Positions 1-8,413 of a stretch of 16,830 nucleotides of DNA are shown in pieces; the first letter of the stretch is position 1; each line of letters begins with the position of its first letter. The stretch is taken from assembly GCA_043799385.1 (NCBI GenBank), contig JAZDNV010000007.1, forward strand, positions 1-16,830, given 5' to 3'. Position numbers and translations under genes: made by a program. The stretch comes from Candidatus Aenigmatarchaeota archaeon (lineage in GTDB: Archaea > Aenigmatarchaeota > Aenigmatarchaeia > GW2011-AR5). Below the pieces are notes generated by a model, which saw only the letters and a list, made by a program, of their open reading frames with translations, was not told the DNA's origin and did no database searches.

Positions 1-545
1 GCTGCCTGAAGTCAGTAAATAAGTTAAAAGCCAGGAAAGACGACGTCGGCTGCGTCATTGGTTGCGGGCCAGTAGGAATGATGCACATGATGCTTCTCGA
101 CTGCAAGAAAATATTCGCGGTCGATATAAGCGATTTCCGCACTAACTTCGCAAAAAGGTACGCAGAGCCAACGGATATATCGATGATAAAAGAACTCACG
201 CAAGGAATAGGCGCTGATTTTGTCGTAGTAGCGACCGGAAACGTCAATGCGGTCAAGCAGTCCTTTGAGATAGTCAGGAAAGGAGGAAAGATAATGATAT
301 TCGGCGTGCCGCCAAAAGACGCGGTAATCGACCTGGACCTGAACAGACTATTCTTTAATGAAGTCTCGATACTGACAAGCGGTTATTGCTCAGAGGTCGA
401 GACAAACAAGATTTTGAAAATGTTTGAATCAGGAGAGATAAATGCAAAATCGCTAATCACGCACTCCTTTTCGCTCGAGAAATCAGCCGAGGCATTCGAA
501 CTCGCGAAAAGCGGAAACGCGATGAAGATAGTGATAACCGAATAA
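1..545 (+). CDS. Zn-dependent alcohol/polyol dehydrogenase (MDR family, sorbitol/threonine dehydrogenase-like), 5'-truncated by window edge
   Basis: Frame is open from position 3 and reads CLKSVNKLKARKDDVGCVIGCGPVGMMH (Rossmann GxGxxG). Later motifs GADFVVVATG, VRKGGKIMIFG and LITHSFSLE...AFE...MKIVI are typical of MDR C-termini. Confidence 0.9.
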   Translation, partial: CLKSVNKLKARKDDVGCVIGCGPVGMMHMMLLDCKKIFAVDISDFRTNFAKRYAEPTDISMIKELTQGIGADFVVVATGNVNAVKQSFEIVRKGGKIMIFGVPPKDAVIDLDLNRLFFNEVSILTSGYCSEVETNKILKMFESGEINAKSLITHSFSLEKSAEAFELAKSGNAMKIVITE

Positions 546-588
546 TTTTAAATAAATATATCAGTTAAGTGAAAATAAGGTCTTGTGT

Positions 589-1380
589 ATGGGCTGGGGA
601 AAAAGAAATCGATTGGCGCAATTGGTGCAGAAGGACGGACATTGCTTGTTCATGCCAATTGATCACGGCTATTTTCAGGGACCTACTACGAAATTGGAGA
701 AGCCAGGCGAAACGATAAAGCCGTTGCTGCAGTACTGCGATGCGCTATTCCTGACCAGGGGCGTTCTTCGCAGCTGCATAGACCCGAGCAACACTAAGCC
801 GATAATCCTGCGCGTTTCCGGAGGCACGAGCATGGTCGGCGAAGATTTAGCAAATGAAGGAATAACGACTTCTATAAAAGATTCTTTGCGGTTAAATGCA
901 AGTGCAGTCGGCATCTCGATATTCGTCGGCAGCAAATACGAGCACCAGACACTATCGAATCTTGCAAAATTAGTGGACGAGGCCGAGGATTATGGAATGC
1001 CTGTGATGGCTGTAACAGCCGTAGGCAAGGAGATGGAAAAAAGAGAATCTCGGTATCTATCGCTAGCGTGCCGAATCGCAGCAGAGCTGGGCGCAAGCAT
1101 AGTCAAGACATACTGGTGCGAAAACTTCGATAAGGTCGTAGAAGGCTGTCCTGTTCCAGTCGTTATGGCAGGCGGTCCGCAGACCGATAGCGAGAGGGAG
1201 GTATTTGAATTCGTTTACGACGGCATGCAGAAGGGCGCGATTGGCATTAATCTCGGTAGAAACGTATGGAAGAATGATCACCCGGTCGCGATGATTAAGT
1301 CGTTGCGCGAAATAATCCATGGCAACGCCACGGCGAAAGAAGCAAATGATTTGTACAATGAATTCAAGAAAAATGAATGA
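589..1380 (+). CDS. lsrF: LsrF-like class I aldolase-fold thiolase (DhnA family)
   Basis: Motifs WGKRNRL, DHGYFQGPT, TRGVLRS, MAVTAVGKEM, RIAAELGASIVKTY (catalytic Lys), CPVPVVMAGG and GRNVW...HPVAM closely follow LsrF. ATG at 589 chosen over TTG at 583. Confidence 0.85.
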   Translation: MGWGKRNRLAQLVQKDGHCLFMPIDHGYFQGPTTKLEKPGETIKPLLQYCDALFLTRGVLRSCIDPSNTKPIILRVSGGTSMVGEDLANEGITTSIKDSLRLNASAVGISIFVGSKYEHQTLSNLAKLVDEAEDYGMPVMAVTAVGKEMEKRESRYLSLACRIAAELGASIVKTYWCENFDKVVEGCPVPVVMAGGPQTDSEREVFEFVYDGMQKGAIGINLGRNVWKNDHPVAMIKSLREIIHGNATAKEANDLYNEFKKNE

Positions 1381-1426
1381 ATGCCCTTTCTAAAACAAAT
1401 AAAAACCTTCTCATTATAGTAAAGTC

Positions 1427-1774
1427 ATGAACTACGCCGACGAATTGTTTGACGAGCATTACACTGGAAGAAAGCGCGATAACGCTGATAGGAAATGGTA
1501 CGAGTTCTATAAGGAGATTCCGATACTGGACATGCCTGAGTATGTCCCAAGATTCATAAGAGGAGCGACGGATTTGTCAAAGATATGGCTCAGGAAAGGC
1601 ATGGATTACAAAGAACGCTTGTGGGTACTCGCTCATGAAATTGCGCATATATTCAACCCGTTTGAAAGGGACGAAAACAAAATAGACCAGAAAGCGTACG
1701 CATTCGTTCCTGCAGCGCACGGGATCCTTCAGCGTGATGAAAAACGAATGGTATTGAATTACAGATTCGCCTAA
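1427..1774 (+). CDS. Small ImmA/IrrE-like zinc metallopeptidase-domain protein
   Basis: 115 aa with IWLRKGM...ERLWVLAHEIAH (HExxH) and a downstream E...D/A segment like peptidase M78 folds. Confidence 0.6.
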   Translation: MNYADELFDEHYTGRKRDNADRKWYEFYKEIPILDMPEYVPRFIRGATDLSKIWLRKGMDYKERLWVLAHEIAHIFNPFERDENKIDQKAYAFVPAAHGILQRDEKRMVLNYRFA

Positions 1775-1806
1775 TGCAATTTAAGTCTTGTTTCTAAACA
1801 ATAGAT

Positions 1807-3066
1807 ATGAAAAAAATCTACATAGAAACGTACGGCTGCTCGTCTTCGCGCAATGATGGCGAGATAATGTCTGGATTGCTGAGCAATGCTGGTTTTCAAT
1901 TAGTCGATGATATTGATAATGCAGATGTGATAATAATCAATACGTGCATAGTCAAGCAGCCGACTGAGAGTAAAATCGTGTCAAGAATCAAAGCGCTGCA
2001 AGGAAGAAAATTAATCATAGCCGGCTGCATGCCTGAGGCGGAATACGATATCGCAAAAAGAGCAGCGCCTGACGCGAATCTGATAAGCACTAACCGCGTC
2101 CATGAAATCGCAAAAGTCGTCAAGAAAACTATTGCAGGCGAAAAAGTCGAGCTCTTGGGAAAACTGAAGAAAGAAAAGGTATGCCTGCCGAAGCTCAGGA
2201 AAAATTCTGTTGTTGATGTCGTCGAGATATGCTCAGGCTGCAACAACACATGCAGCTATTGCATAGTGAAATTAGCGAAAGGCTCGCTGTTCTCATATTC
2301 GCCAAAGAGCATCATAAAAGAAATAAGCGCAGGCGTTGCTGATGGCTGCAAGGAATTCTGGCTCACGGGTCAGGATGTCGCTGCCTACTGCTATGACGGA
2401 AAAAGATTACCATCGCTGCTCGGAGAGATAACAAAAGTCAGAAAGGATTTTTTTCTTCGAGCAGGAATGATGAACCCATCGAACGTTTTGCCGATGCTCG
2501 ACGAGCTCATTGATTCTTACAGAAACGAGAAACTATTCAAATTCATTCACCTGCCTGTGCAAAGCGGTTCGAACAGAGTGCTGAAGACGATGAACAGAAA
2601 ATACACGGTAGCTGAATACAAGATAATCGTGAAAAAATTAAGGAAAGCCATACCTGAAATCACGCTATGGACAGACGTCATCGTAGGTTTTCCTGGAGAA
2701 AGCGAGAGCGATTTTCTGAAGACACTTTCGCTGATAAAGGAAATTAGACCAGACTTTACGAATATTTCTCAATTCGGCGTCCGTCCAGGAACAAAATCAG
2801 CAGCAATGAAGCAATTGCCCACGGAGATAAAAAAAGAGAGGAGCAAGAAGATGACAGAAGCTGTCGGAAGAATCTGCCTTGAGCGGAACGAGAGATGGCT
2901 CGGCTGGTCCGGTCATGCATTGGTTGACGAGTACAATGAAGGAAAAAACAATTGGATTGCAAGAAACTATGCATACAAGCCCATCGCAGTCAAGAGCGGC
3001 GGTTTCGGAAAGACTATAAACGTTACAATCGCTGGAGCAGAAAAAACATGCCTGATTGCTAGATGA
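1807..3066 (+). CDS. mtaB: tRNA t6A37 methylthiotransferase, archaeal e-MtaB/MiaB-like radical SAM enzyme
   Basis: UPF0004 domain (IETYGC, NTCIVK, AGCM), CxxxCxxC (GCNNTCSYC), HLPVQSGS, DVIVGFPGE, and a C-terminal TRAM-like segment with RNYAYKPI. Confidence 0.88.
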   Translation: MKKIYIETYGCSSSRNDGEIMSGLLSNAGFQLVDDIDNADVIIINTCIVKQPTESKIVSRIKALQGRKLIIAGCMPEAEYDIAKRAAPDANLISTNRVHEIAKVVKKTIAGEKVELLGKLKKEKVCLPKLRKNSVVDVVEICSGCNNTCSYCIVKLAKGSLFSYSPKSIIKEISAGVADGCKEFWLTGQDVAAYCYDGKRLPSLLGEITKVRKDFFLRAGMMNPSNVLPMLDELIDSYRNEKLFKFIHLPVQSGSNRVLKTMNRKYTVAEYKIIVKKLRKAIPEITLWTDVIVGFPGESESDFLKTLSLIKEIRPDFTNISQFGVRPGTKSAAMKQLPTEIKKERSKKMTEAVGRICLERNERWLGWSGHALVDEYNEGKNNWIARNYAYKPIAVKSGGFGKTINVTIAGAEKTCLIAR

Positions 3067-3427
3067 ACCTTCCTATGAATCCGACAATCATGTCTCCCAG
3101 CACGATGGATAATATGTAGTACACTGCAAATGCGACCAGCAGAACTTTAAGTTTTGTTTCCCAGTCCGCTTCAAGGACGATTTCGCCAAGCAGTACCCAC
3201 ACGACCAGCGGAATCAAAATAAGCGCGTATATCCCGCTCAGTCCTACCAAAGGAGCTACCACAGGAGCGACAAAAAACGAGAGCACAGAAAGGATTAATG
3301 CGTGCTTCACTTCAATGTTGTGCGCGATTATCTCGTCTGACAGCATCACCGCAACAAACGCTATCAATGAGTTGACAAAGTATAGCGTCAGGTTCGACAT
3401 GCTTGTGAACGGCAATATATCAAACAT
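3059..3427 (-). CDS. Hypothetical membrane protein (about 4 TM helices)
   Basis: 122-aa ORF with four hydrophobic segments; TTTAAATA on the minus strand about 25-30 nt upstream. Confidence 0.75.
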   Translation of the reverse strand: MFDILPFTSMSNLTLYFVNSLIAFVAVMLSDEIIAHNIEVKHALILSVLSFFVAPVVAPLVGLSGIYALILIPLVVWVLLGEIVLEADWETKLKVLLVAFAVYYILSIVLGDMIVGFIGRFI

Positions 3428-3471
3428 AAGTCCTATTTAGTTTCCATGTATTTAAAATTTTAGAATATTTG

Positions 3472-3570
3472 CGCTTTGTTTAAAAATTGATGGACATCTT
3501 ATTGATGTTCATCTATGGATAGGCTATCATCGCTAGAAGCAGGAGGATAGCCTAGTTTTTAAACAAAGAT
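3472..3570. mobile_element. MITE-like palindromic element, copy 1
   Basis: 13-bp perfect IR ctttgtttaaaaa (3474-3486) / tttttaaacaaag (3556-3568). Two inner IRs: 3489-3498/3504-3513 and 3520-3528/3546-3554. Flanked by gaatatttg (3463-3471) and gagtatttg (3571-3579). Reverse complement is homologous to 16651-16733. Confidence 0.65.
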
Positions 3571-3589
3571 GAGTATTTGGCATCTGATG

Positions 3590-5410
3590 CTACTTCATCT
3601 TCATTTTCAGTATCCTCGATACAGACTCGCCATCCGCCCGGCCCCTGACTTTGGCCATCACAAGACCCATGAGTATCGATTCCTTCTTGCCTGGATTTTT
3701 ATCTACAACGTCCGAGATCATTGATTCCAGCTCCGGGTCTGCAAGCATAGAAAAGTCATTAGCTATATCTTCAATGCTCTTTCCTTCTATCAATGCTGTA
3801 AAGATAGCCGGCAGCGAATCTTTCGATATTCGTTTGCTTTCCAGGAGCGCCAGAACGCTCTCTATGTCTTCCTTTCTGATTTTTTCCGTGGCGAGCCCGC
3901 ACCTTCTCATGTCCTTGAACGTCGACAGAAACAAATTCGCTATGATTATCGGTTCGATGTCAAACTTTTTAATTAATTCCTCAAATAACGGGAAGTCGCG
4001 AGATTTTATCAGCTGGGAGACGATTTCGTCCGGTAATTTCTTCCCCAGTTCCGCTTCCTTCTCAAGCAGAGTTTTTGGTATCTCTACCGTTCTCAGTTCT
4101 CTGCTAACCCAAACAGGAGGGATATCGGATTCCGGATACATCCTCCCTGCGCCCGGAAGCGGTCGCGTGTATTTTGAGCCAAGTTCGTCACTGACACGCG
4201 TTTCTTCAGGAACGCCGATAAGGCAATAACCTGCTCGCTGCAGAACAGCACGCATCGCTTTATCAGGATTTCTGCCAGCGACTATCAAAATGAGGTCCCG
4301 TTCGCCTGCGTTCAATTCTTTTTTCAGTATATCGAATTCAGTTATAAGGTTGTATTTGCTCAAATCTTCGTCACTATGAATTATACCAAAACCAAAGGCA
4401 GCCGCATAGCTTGACAACTCTTTACCAAACGTGCGGTCGCCGCATTGCCTCTTGAGCAGGCCGGAAAAGTTTTGCAGTCTAGCAGCAAGGATTATTCCGC
4501 CGTCGCTGATGATTTTTTTCAGTAGAGTGCAATTAGTGTTCCTGAATACCTGCATCGCATTCACAAATTCTTCCTTAACTTCCCGTGTCCCGCGCTTGTG
4601 CAGTTCATTCTTTATGTCAATGAGATCCAATTGCCTTCGGACTTCGTTTTCTACGATTTTCGGAATCTTTGCAAGTTCCTGGAATCCCTTTATCTCCACA
4701 CGCGCGCCGTTCTCTATTGAAATATTAACGTCCTGCCTTATCGTTCCGATGCCGCGCAAAACATTCGTAGAACGTAGAAGCAAGCCGATCTTCTCTGCAA
4801 CTTCTTTTGCCTGCTCTGGCGATGCGATATCAGCTGATGTCGCTATCTCCACGAGCGGTATTCCTAACCTGTCCAAACGATACTCCACGGTTCCTGATGA
4901 ACGTGATATCGCTGGCGCTGAGTCCTCTTCCAGGCAAACGGTCGATATTTTTATCGCTCCGTAATCGGTTTCGATGAATCCGTTCATTCCTATCAATGAG
5001 GTCCGCTGGAAACTGGAAACAGACGAGCCGTCGATGACGGTCTTTCTCATCACGTGTATCTCATCAAGCAGATCGCAATTCAATAACCTGCAAATCTGTA
5101 TCGCGATTCGCAGCGCCTCGTCATTAATCTGCCTAGGCGGTTCTTCATCGGCTTCGACAAGACACGACGACTCAGCGTTTATTTTATAGACGAACGTCCG
5201 CTCGCGCAGAAATTCGTAAAGCGCCGCAGGGTCATATTCGCCCAATTCGCTGGCCGACGTGCGTATCCTTCTCTTAATCTCTGACGGAAACTCATCACTC
5301 TTGATAATCGGGCAGTTGCAGAATAATTTATGCTTGGTATCCAATTGCTGATGAACCTCCAAGCCGACCTTTAATCCCAGCCTCTTGTAATCCATGAGAT
5401 TAATTGTCAT
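3590..5410 (-). CDS. gatE: Glu-tRNA(Gln) amidotransferase subunit E
   Basis: DYKRLGLKVGLEVHQQLDTKHKLFCNCP, MRKTVIDGS, LEED, YRLDRLGIPLVEIAT, RGIGTIRQDVNISI, VPEETR, RPLPGAGRMYPESD, and a C-terminal MGLVMAKVRGRADG. Start could also be the internal Met of MDYKRLG. Confidence 0.97.
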   Translation of the reverse strand: MTINLMDYKRLGLKVGLEVHQQLDTKHKLFCNCPIIKSDEFPSEIKRRIRTSASELGEYDPAALYEFLRERTFVYKINAESSCLVEADEEPPRQINDEALRIAIQICRLLNCDLLDEIHVMRKTVIDGSSVSSFQRTSLIGMNGFIETDYGAIKISTVCLEEDSAPAISRSSGTVEYRLDRLGIPLVEIATSADIASPEQAKEVAEKIGLLLRSTNVLRGIGTIRQDVNISIENGARVEIKGFQELAKIPKIVENEVRRQLDLIDIKNELHKRGTREVKEEFVNAMQVFRNTNCTLLKKIISDGGIILAARLQNFSGLLKRQCGDRTFGKELSSYAAAFGFGIIHSDEDLSKYNLITEFDILKKELNAGERDLILIVAGRNPDKAMRAVLQRAGYCLIGVPEETRVSDELGSKYTRPLPGAGRMYPESDIPPVWVSRELRTVEIPKTLLEKEAELGKKLPDEIVSQLIKSRDFPLFEELIKKFDIEPIIIANLFLSTFKDMRRCGLATEKIRKEDIESVLALLESKRISKDSLPAIFTALIEGKSIEDIANDFSMLADPELESMISDVVDKNPGKKESILMGLVMAKVRGRADGESVSRILKMKMK

Positions 5411-5454
5411 GTGAAGTTATAAAATTTATATACAGGGAAAATCAATTAAAAACA

Positions 5455-6684
5455 ATGAAGCAGAAGATAAGGAGATACAAGCTGAAGAAGGAATTGGGGC
5501 TTTTTGAAGCGACCGTTTACGGCGTTGGCATAATACTAGGCGCAGGAATTTATGCACTGATAGGCGAGAGCGCGGGGCTTGCCGGCAATGCGTTATGGAT
5601 GTCATTCATATTTTCGGCTATAATAGCTTCTCTTACCGGACTTAGTTTTGCCGAGCTTTCGTCCATGTATCCGAAGGAGGGTGCTGAATACGTATACGCG
5701 CAGAAGGCTTTCAGGAGAAAATCGCTCGCGCTCTTTGTTTCCTTAGTTTTCATAATATCAGGAGTGATATCCGCAGCGACGGTTGCGCTGGGTTTCGGTG
5801 GCTACTTCTCTTATCTCATAGGCGGCTCGCCTGTGCTTGTCGCCGCGGCACTGATAGCAGTCATGTCTTTGCTGAATTATGCAGGGATAAAGGATTCGGC
5901 GCGATACAACGAGATAGCGACTTTCATCGAGATATCCGGTCTCGTGCTCGTCGTGATGCTAGGCATGTTCTTCTTCGGCAGTTCGATAGGTACTGTAAAT
6001 TATTTTGCGATGCCTAACGGCTTTTCTGGAGTTCTCATAGCAATGTGCATGATATTCTTTGCATATCTTGGCTTTGAGGATTTGGCCAACATAAGCGAAG
6101 AAACGAAGAACGCAGCGAAGACAATACCTAAGGCTATGATTATCTCACTGGTTATTTCAACAGTCTTGTACATTGCTGTCGCGCTTTCTGCGATATCGAT
6201 ACTAGGCTGGGAAAGGCTCTCGCAGTCAAGCGCGCCTTTAACTGAGGTCATTGAAAGCGTTATACCGCAGGCATCCATATTAATGTCCATAATCGCATTG
6301 TTCGCAACATCGAATACCGTTCTTATAATCCTTATCGTAATGTCGCGCATGCTCTGCGGAGTATCGAAAGAGCACGCGTTCCCTGGGATATGCGCAAGAA
6401 TAGGGAAGACTGGAACGCCGTACGTTTCAATATTACTTGTGATGCTGCTTTCCATAGCTTCGCTGCTGATAGGCGGTATAGGGACCGTGGCGATGCTTAC
6501 CGTTCTAGGCGTTGTCATAGTATTCGCGATAATGAACCTGTCGCTCATCGTTCTGAGATACAAAGATAATCGAAAGCGCCCGTTCCGCTCGCCAGTCAAT
6601 ATCGGAAAATTCCCGGTACTCGCGTTTCTAGGTTTGCTTTCATCACTGGCCATGATTTACTACATAATGATTTATCTCATCTAA
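5455..6684 (+). CDS. APC-superfamily amino acid permease
   Basis: LKKELGLFEATVYGVGIILGAGIY, AELSSMYPKEG, FFAYLGFE...SEETKNAAKTIPKA, RPFRSP; about 12 TM segments. ATG at 5455 lies downstream of TTTATATA at 5425-5432. Confidence 0.93.
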   Translation: MKQKIRRYKLKKELGLFEATVYGVGIILGAGIYALIGESAGLAGNALWMSFIFSAIIASLTGLSFAELSSMYPKEGAEYVYAQKAFRRKSLALFVSLVFIISGVISAATVALGFGGYFSYLIGGSPVLVAAALIAVMSLLNYAGIKDSARYNEIATFIEISGLVLVVMLGMFFFGSSIGTVNYFAMPNGFSGVLIAMCMIFFAYLGFEDLANISEETKNAAKTIPKAMIISLVISTVLYIAVALSAISILGWERLSQSSAPLTEVIESVIPQASILMSIIALFATSNTVLIILIVMSRMLCGVSKEHAFPGICARIGKTGTPYVSILLVMLLSIASLLIGGIGTVAMLTVLGVVIVFAIMNLSLIVLRYKDNRKRPFRSPVNIGKFPVLAFLGLLSSLAMIYYIMIYLI

Positions 6685-6699
6685 ATTCCAGAACAAGTC

Positions 6700-7011
6700 C
6701 TATTTTCCCGCTTCCTTTAGGTCTTTCTTCTGCCTTTCTATTATATCCCTGATAAGTACGTAGTCCTCGTCTACTTCCTTCTTCAATGGCAGGACGAGTT
6801 TCTTGTACACGTCTTTCATCAGCTTACCTTCAGCCGGCTTTTCCTCCAATTCGCTTTGCATCTTCAGCACGACTTGCTTAAAAACTTTGAAAGAATCTTC
6901 GATGTTTTCTATTTCTCTCCGCAATTCCGAAATCTCTTTCGATAGGTCAAGAACCCTTTTCTCTAATCGCTCTATTTTCATCTCGGTTTTTACCACTTCA
7001 AAAGCTGTCAT
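6700..7011 (-). CDS. Hypothetical coiled-coil protein
   Basis: Heptad-rich, E/K-rich ORF. SD-like GAGGT lies upstream of the ATG at 7011 (alternative TTG at 7017). Confidence 0.7.
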   Translation of the reverse strand: MTAFEVVKTEMKIERLEKRVLDLSKEISELRREIENIEDSFKVFKQVVLKMQSELEEKPAEGKLMKDVYKKLVLPLKKEVDEDYVLIRDIIERQKKDLKEAGK

Positions 7012-7116
7012 TTTCAAAACCTCAACACAAATGTTTTGAATTGAGATGCCTGTCGCAAAAAGTATCTCATGTCAATCAATGATTAAGATTGTTGAACGAA
7101 GTTTATAAATGTTGAG

Positions 7117-7749
7117 CTAGAATAGGATCGTCCACAAAATCGGGATGAGTATCATTATCGCAAAGAAAAGCAGTATTATCTTCAGCGATTTTCTGACTCC
7201 TTCGCGCCGGAAACCATATAACAAACCTACAAAGAGCCCGCCAAAATGCGCGATGTACGATATGTTGCTCTCTGGCGCGAACATGAAATCGTACGCATTG
7301 TAAAAGGCATACATCAATCCGATGAGCGCGAGCGGTATCGGCAGAACGAGCGGATAGAATGAAAGGTCAAGCGGCCGCACAAGTATACCCGCTCCTATCA
7401 GCGCGAATATCCCGCCTGACGCGCCGATTGCGATAGCGTCTGGCGGGTATACGAGCAGCGAGAGCAGGTCGCCCAGGAACGCTCCGAGGAAGAATATCGC
7501 CAACGTCTTTTTCTTACCCAGTTCTGATTCGACTGCGATGCCGAAGAAGAACAGAACCAATATATTCGAGAGCAGATGAGTTATATCCGCATGAAGAAAT
7601 ATCGACGTCACCAAAACATACGGCCGCTCAAAAAGGTTTTTTCCAGAGAATCCATAGACGTTTGCAAAGTTCTCCAAATCAGCGACGAATAGTATAGGAA
7701 AGATGAAGCCAACCACACAAAGAAAAATCAGGAATAGCGTGAGTTTCAT
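7117..7749 (-). CDS. Rhomboid family intramembrane serine protease
   Basis: TSIFLHADITHLLSN, GASGG (catalytic Ser), AHFGG (catalytic His), multiple TM segments. Confidence 0.95.
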   Translation of the reverse strand: MKLTLFLIFLCVVGFIFPILFVADLENFANVYGFSGKNLFERPYVLVTSIFLHADITHLLSNILVLFFFGIAVESELGKKKTLAIFFLGAFLGDLLSLLVYPPDAIAIGASGGIFALIGAGILVRPLDLSFYPLVLPIPLALIGLMYAFYNAYDFMFAPESNISYIAHFGGLFVGLLYGFRREGVRKSLKIILLFFAIMILIPILWTILF

Positions 7750-7790
7750 GATGATTTTTTGTTTTTCATATTTTTAAAAAGATTTCTGGG

Positions 7791-8171
7791 ATGGTAGGGG
7801 ATATGCCAGATGAATTTCAAAGAATCCGCGATAACATCGGCAAGGAAGTGGAAGTTGTCATGGTGTCGCATAAGGGCGAGTGGCCTCCTGAAAGCGGTGT
7901 CTTGGTAGAAGTTAGTCCATACAGTGCAATAGATATCAGGCAAGGGTCGTGCGGTAGATTAACGGATGAGTTGACCTGCCCGTTTGTCGGAGCAACAGCT
8001 GGAATAAAATCCATAAGAGACTCCAACGGACATGAAATTTACCATAATGATGGGTTACGTTATGAAAAAGGTTTCTATGACCCCTGGCAGAATAAAGAAG
8101 ATAACGAGTTTATCAATAAAATGAGGCGGGCGAAGTTTGGCGAAGGCCACGACTATAAGATGTTTGACTAA
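7791..8171 (+). CDS. Hypothetical protein
   Basis: 126-aa ORF divergent from the rhomboid gene, with TTTTTAAAA upstream. The true start may be ATG 7803. No recognised motif. Confidence 0.65.
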   Translation: MVGDMPDEFQRIRDNIGKEVEVVMVSHKGEWPPESGVLVEVSPYSAIDIRQGSCGRLTDELTCPFVGATAGIKSIRDSNGHEIYHNDGLRYEKGFYDPWQNKEDNEFINKMRRAKFGEGHDYKMFD

Positions 8172-8413
8172 ATTCTGCAATTTAAATGTGCAAGGCTGAT
8201 TTCTAGCGATATTGCAGTCTATTCTCAAACACAGAAAAGATTATAAACACCGTGAGAATAAGAAAGATTATTCACTTGGGGAAGTGAATTCGTTTCTTGG
8301 ATGAACTTGGCAAGCATTACTCGTCAAATTCTTCTTCTTGGATTAGAAGATTATGAAAAAATACCTTAATAGGGTTTTTGATTTCGTAAAATATATGTTC
8401 AAGAGGGGATGTT

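Noticed and set aside
3651..5189. Long antisense ORFs inside gatE (and similar shadows in lsrF, mtaB, permease, ftsZ, gatA, gatB and the radical SAM gene)
   Set aside because: These are shadows of well-supported genes with no motifs of their own.
7021..7116. Short inverted repeats (ctcaaca/tgttgag; tgagatgc/gtatctca) in the intergenic region
   Set aside because: Stems are only 7-8 bp, with no homology to the repeated element and no flanking duplication.
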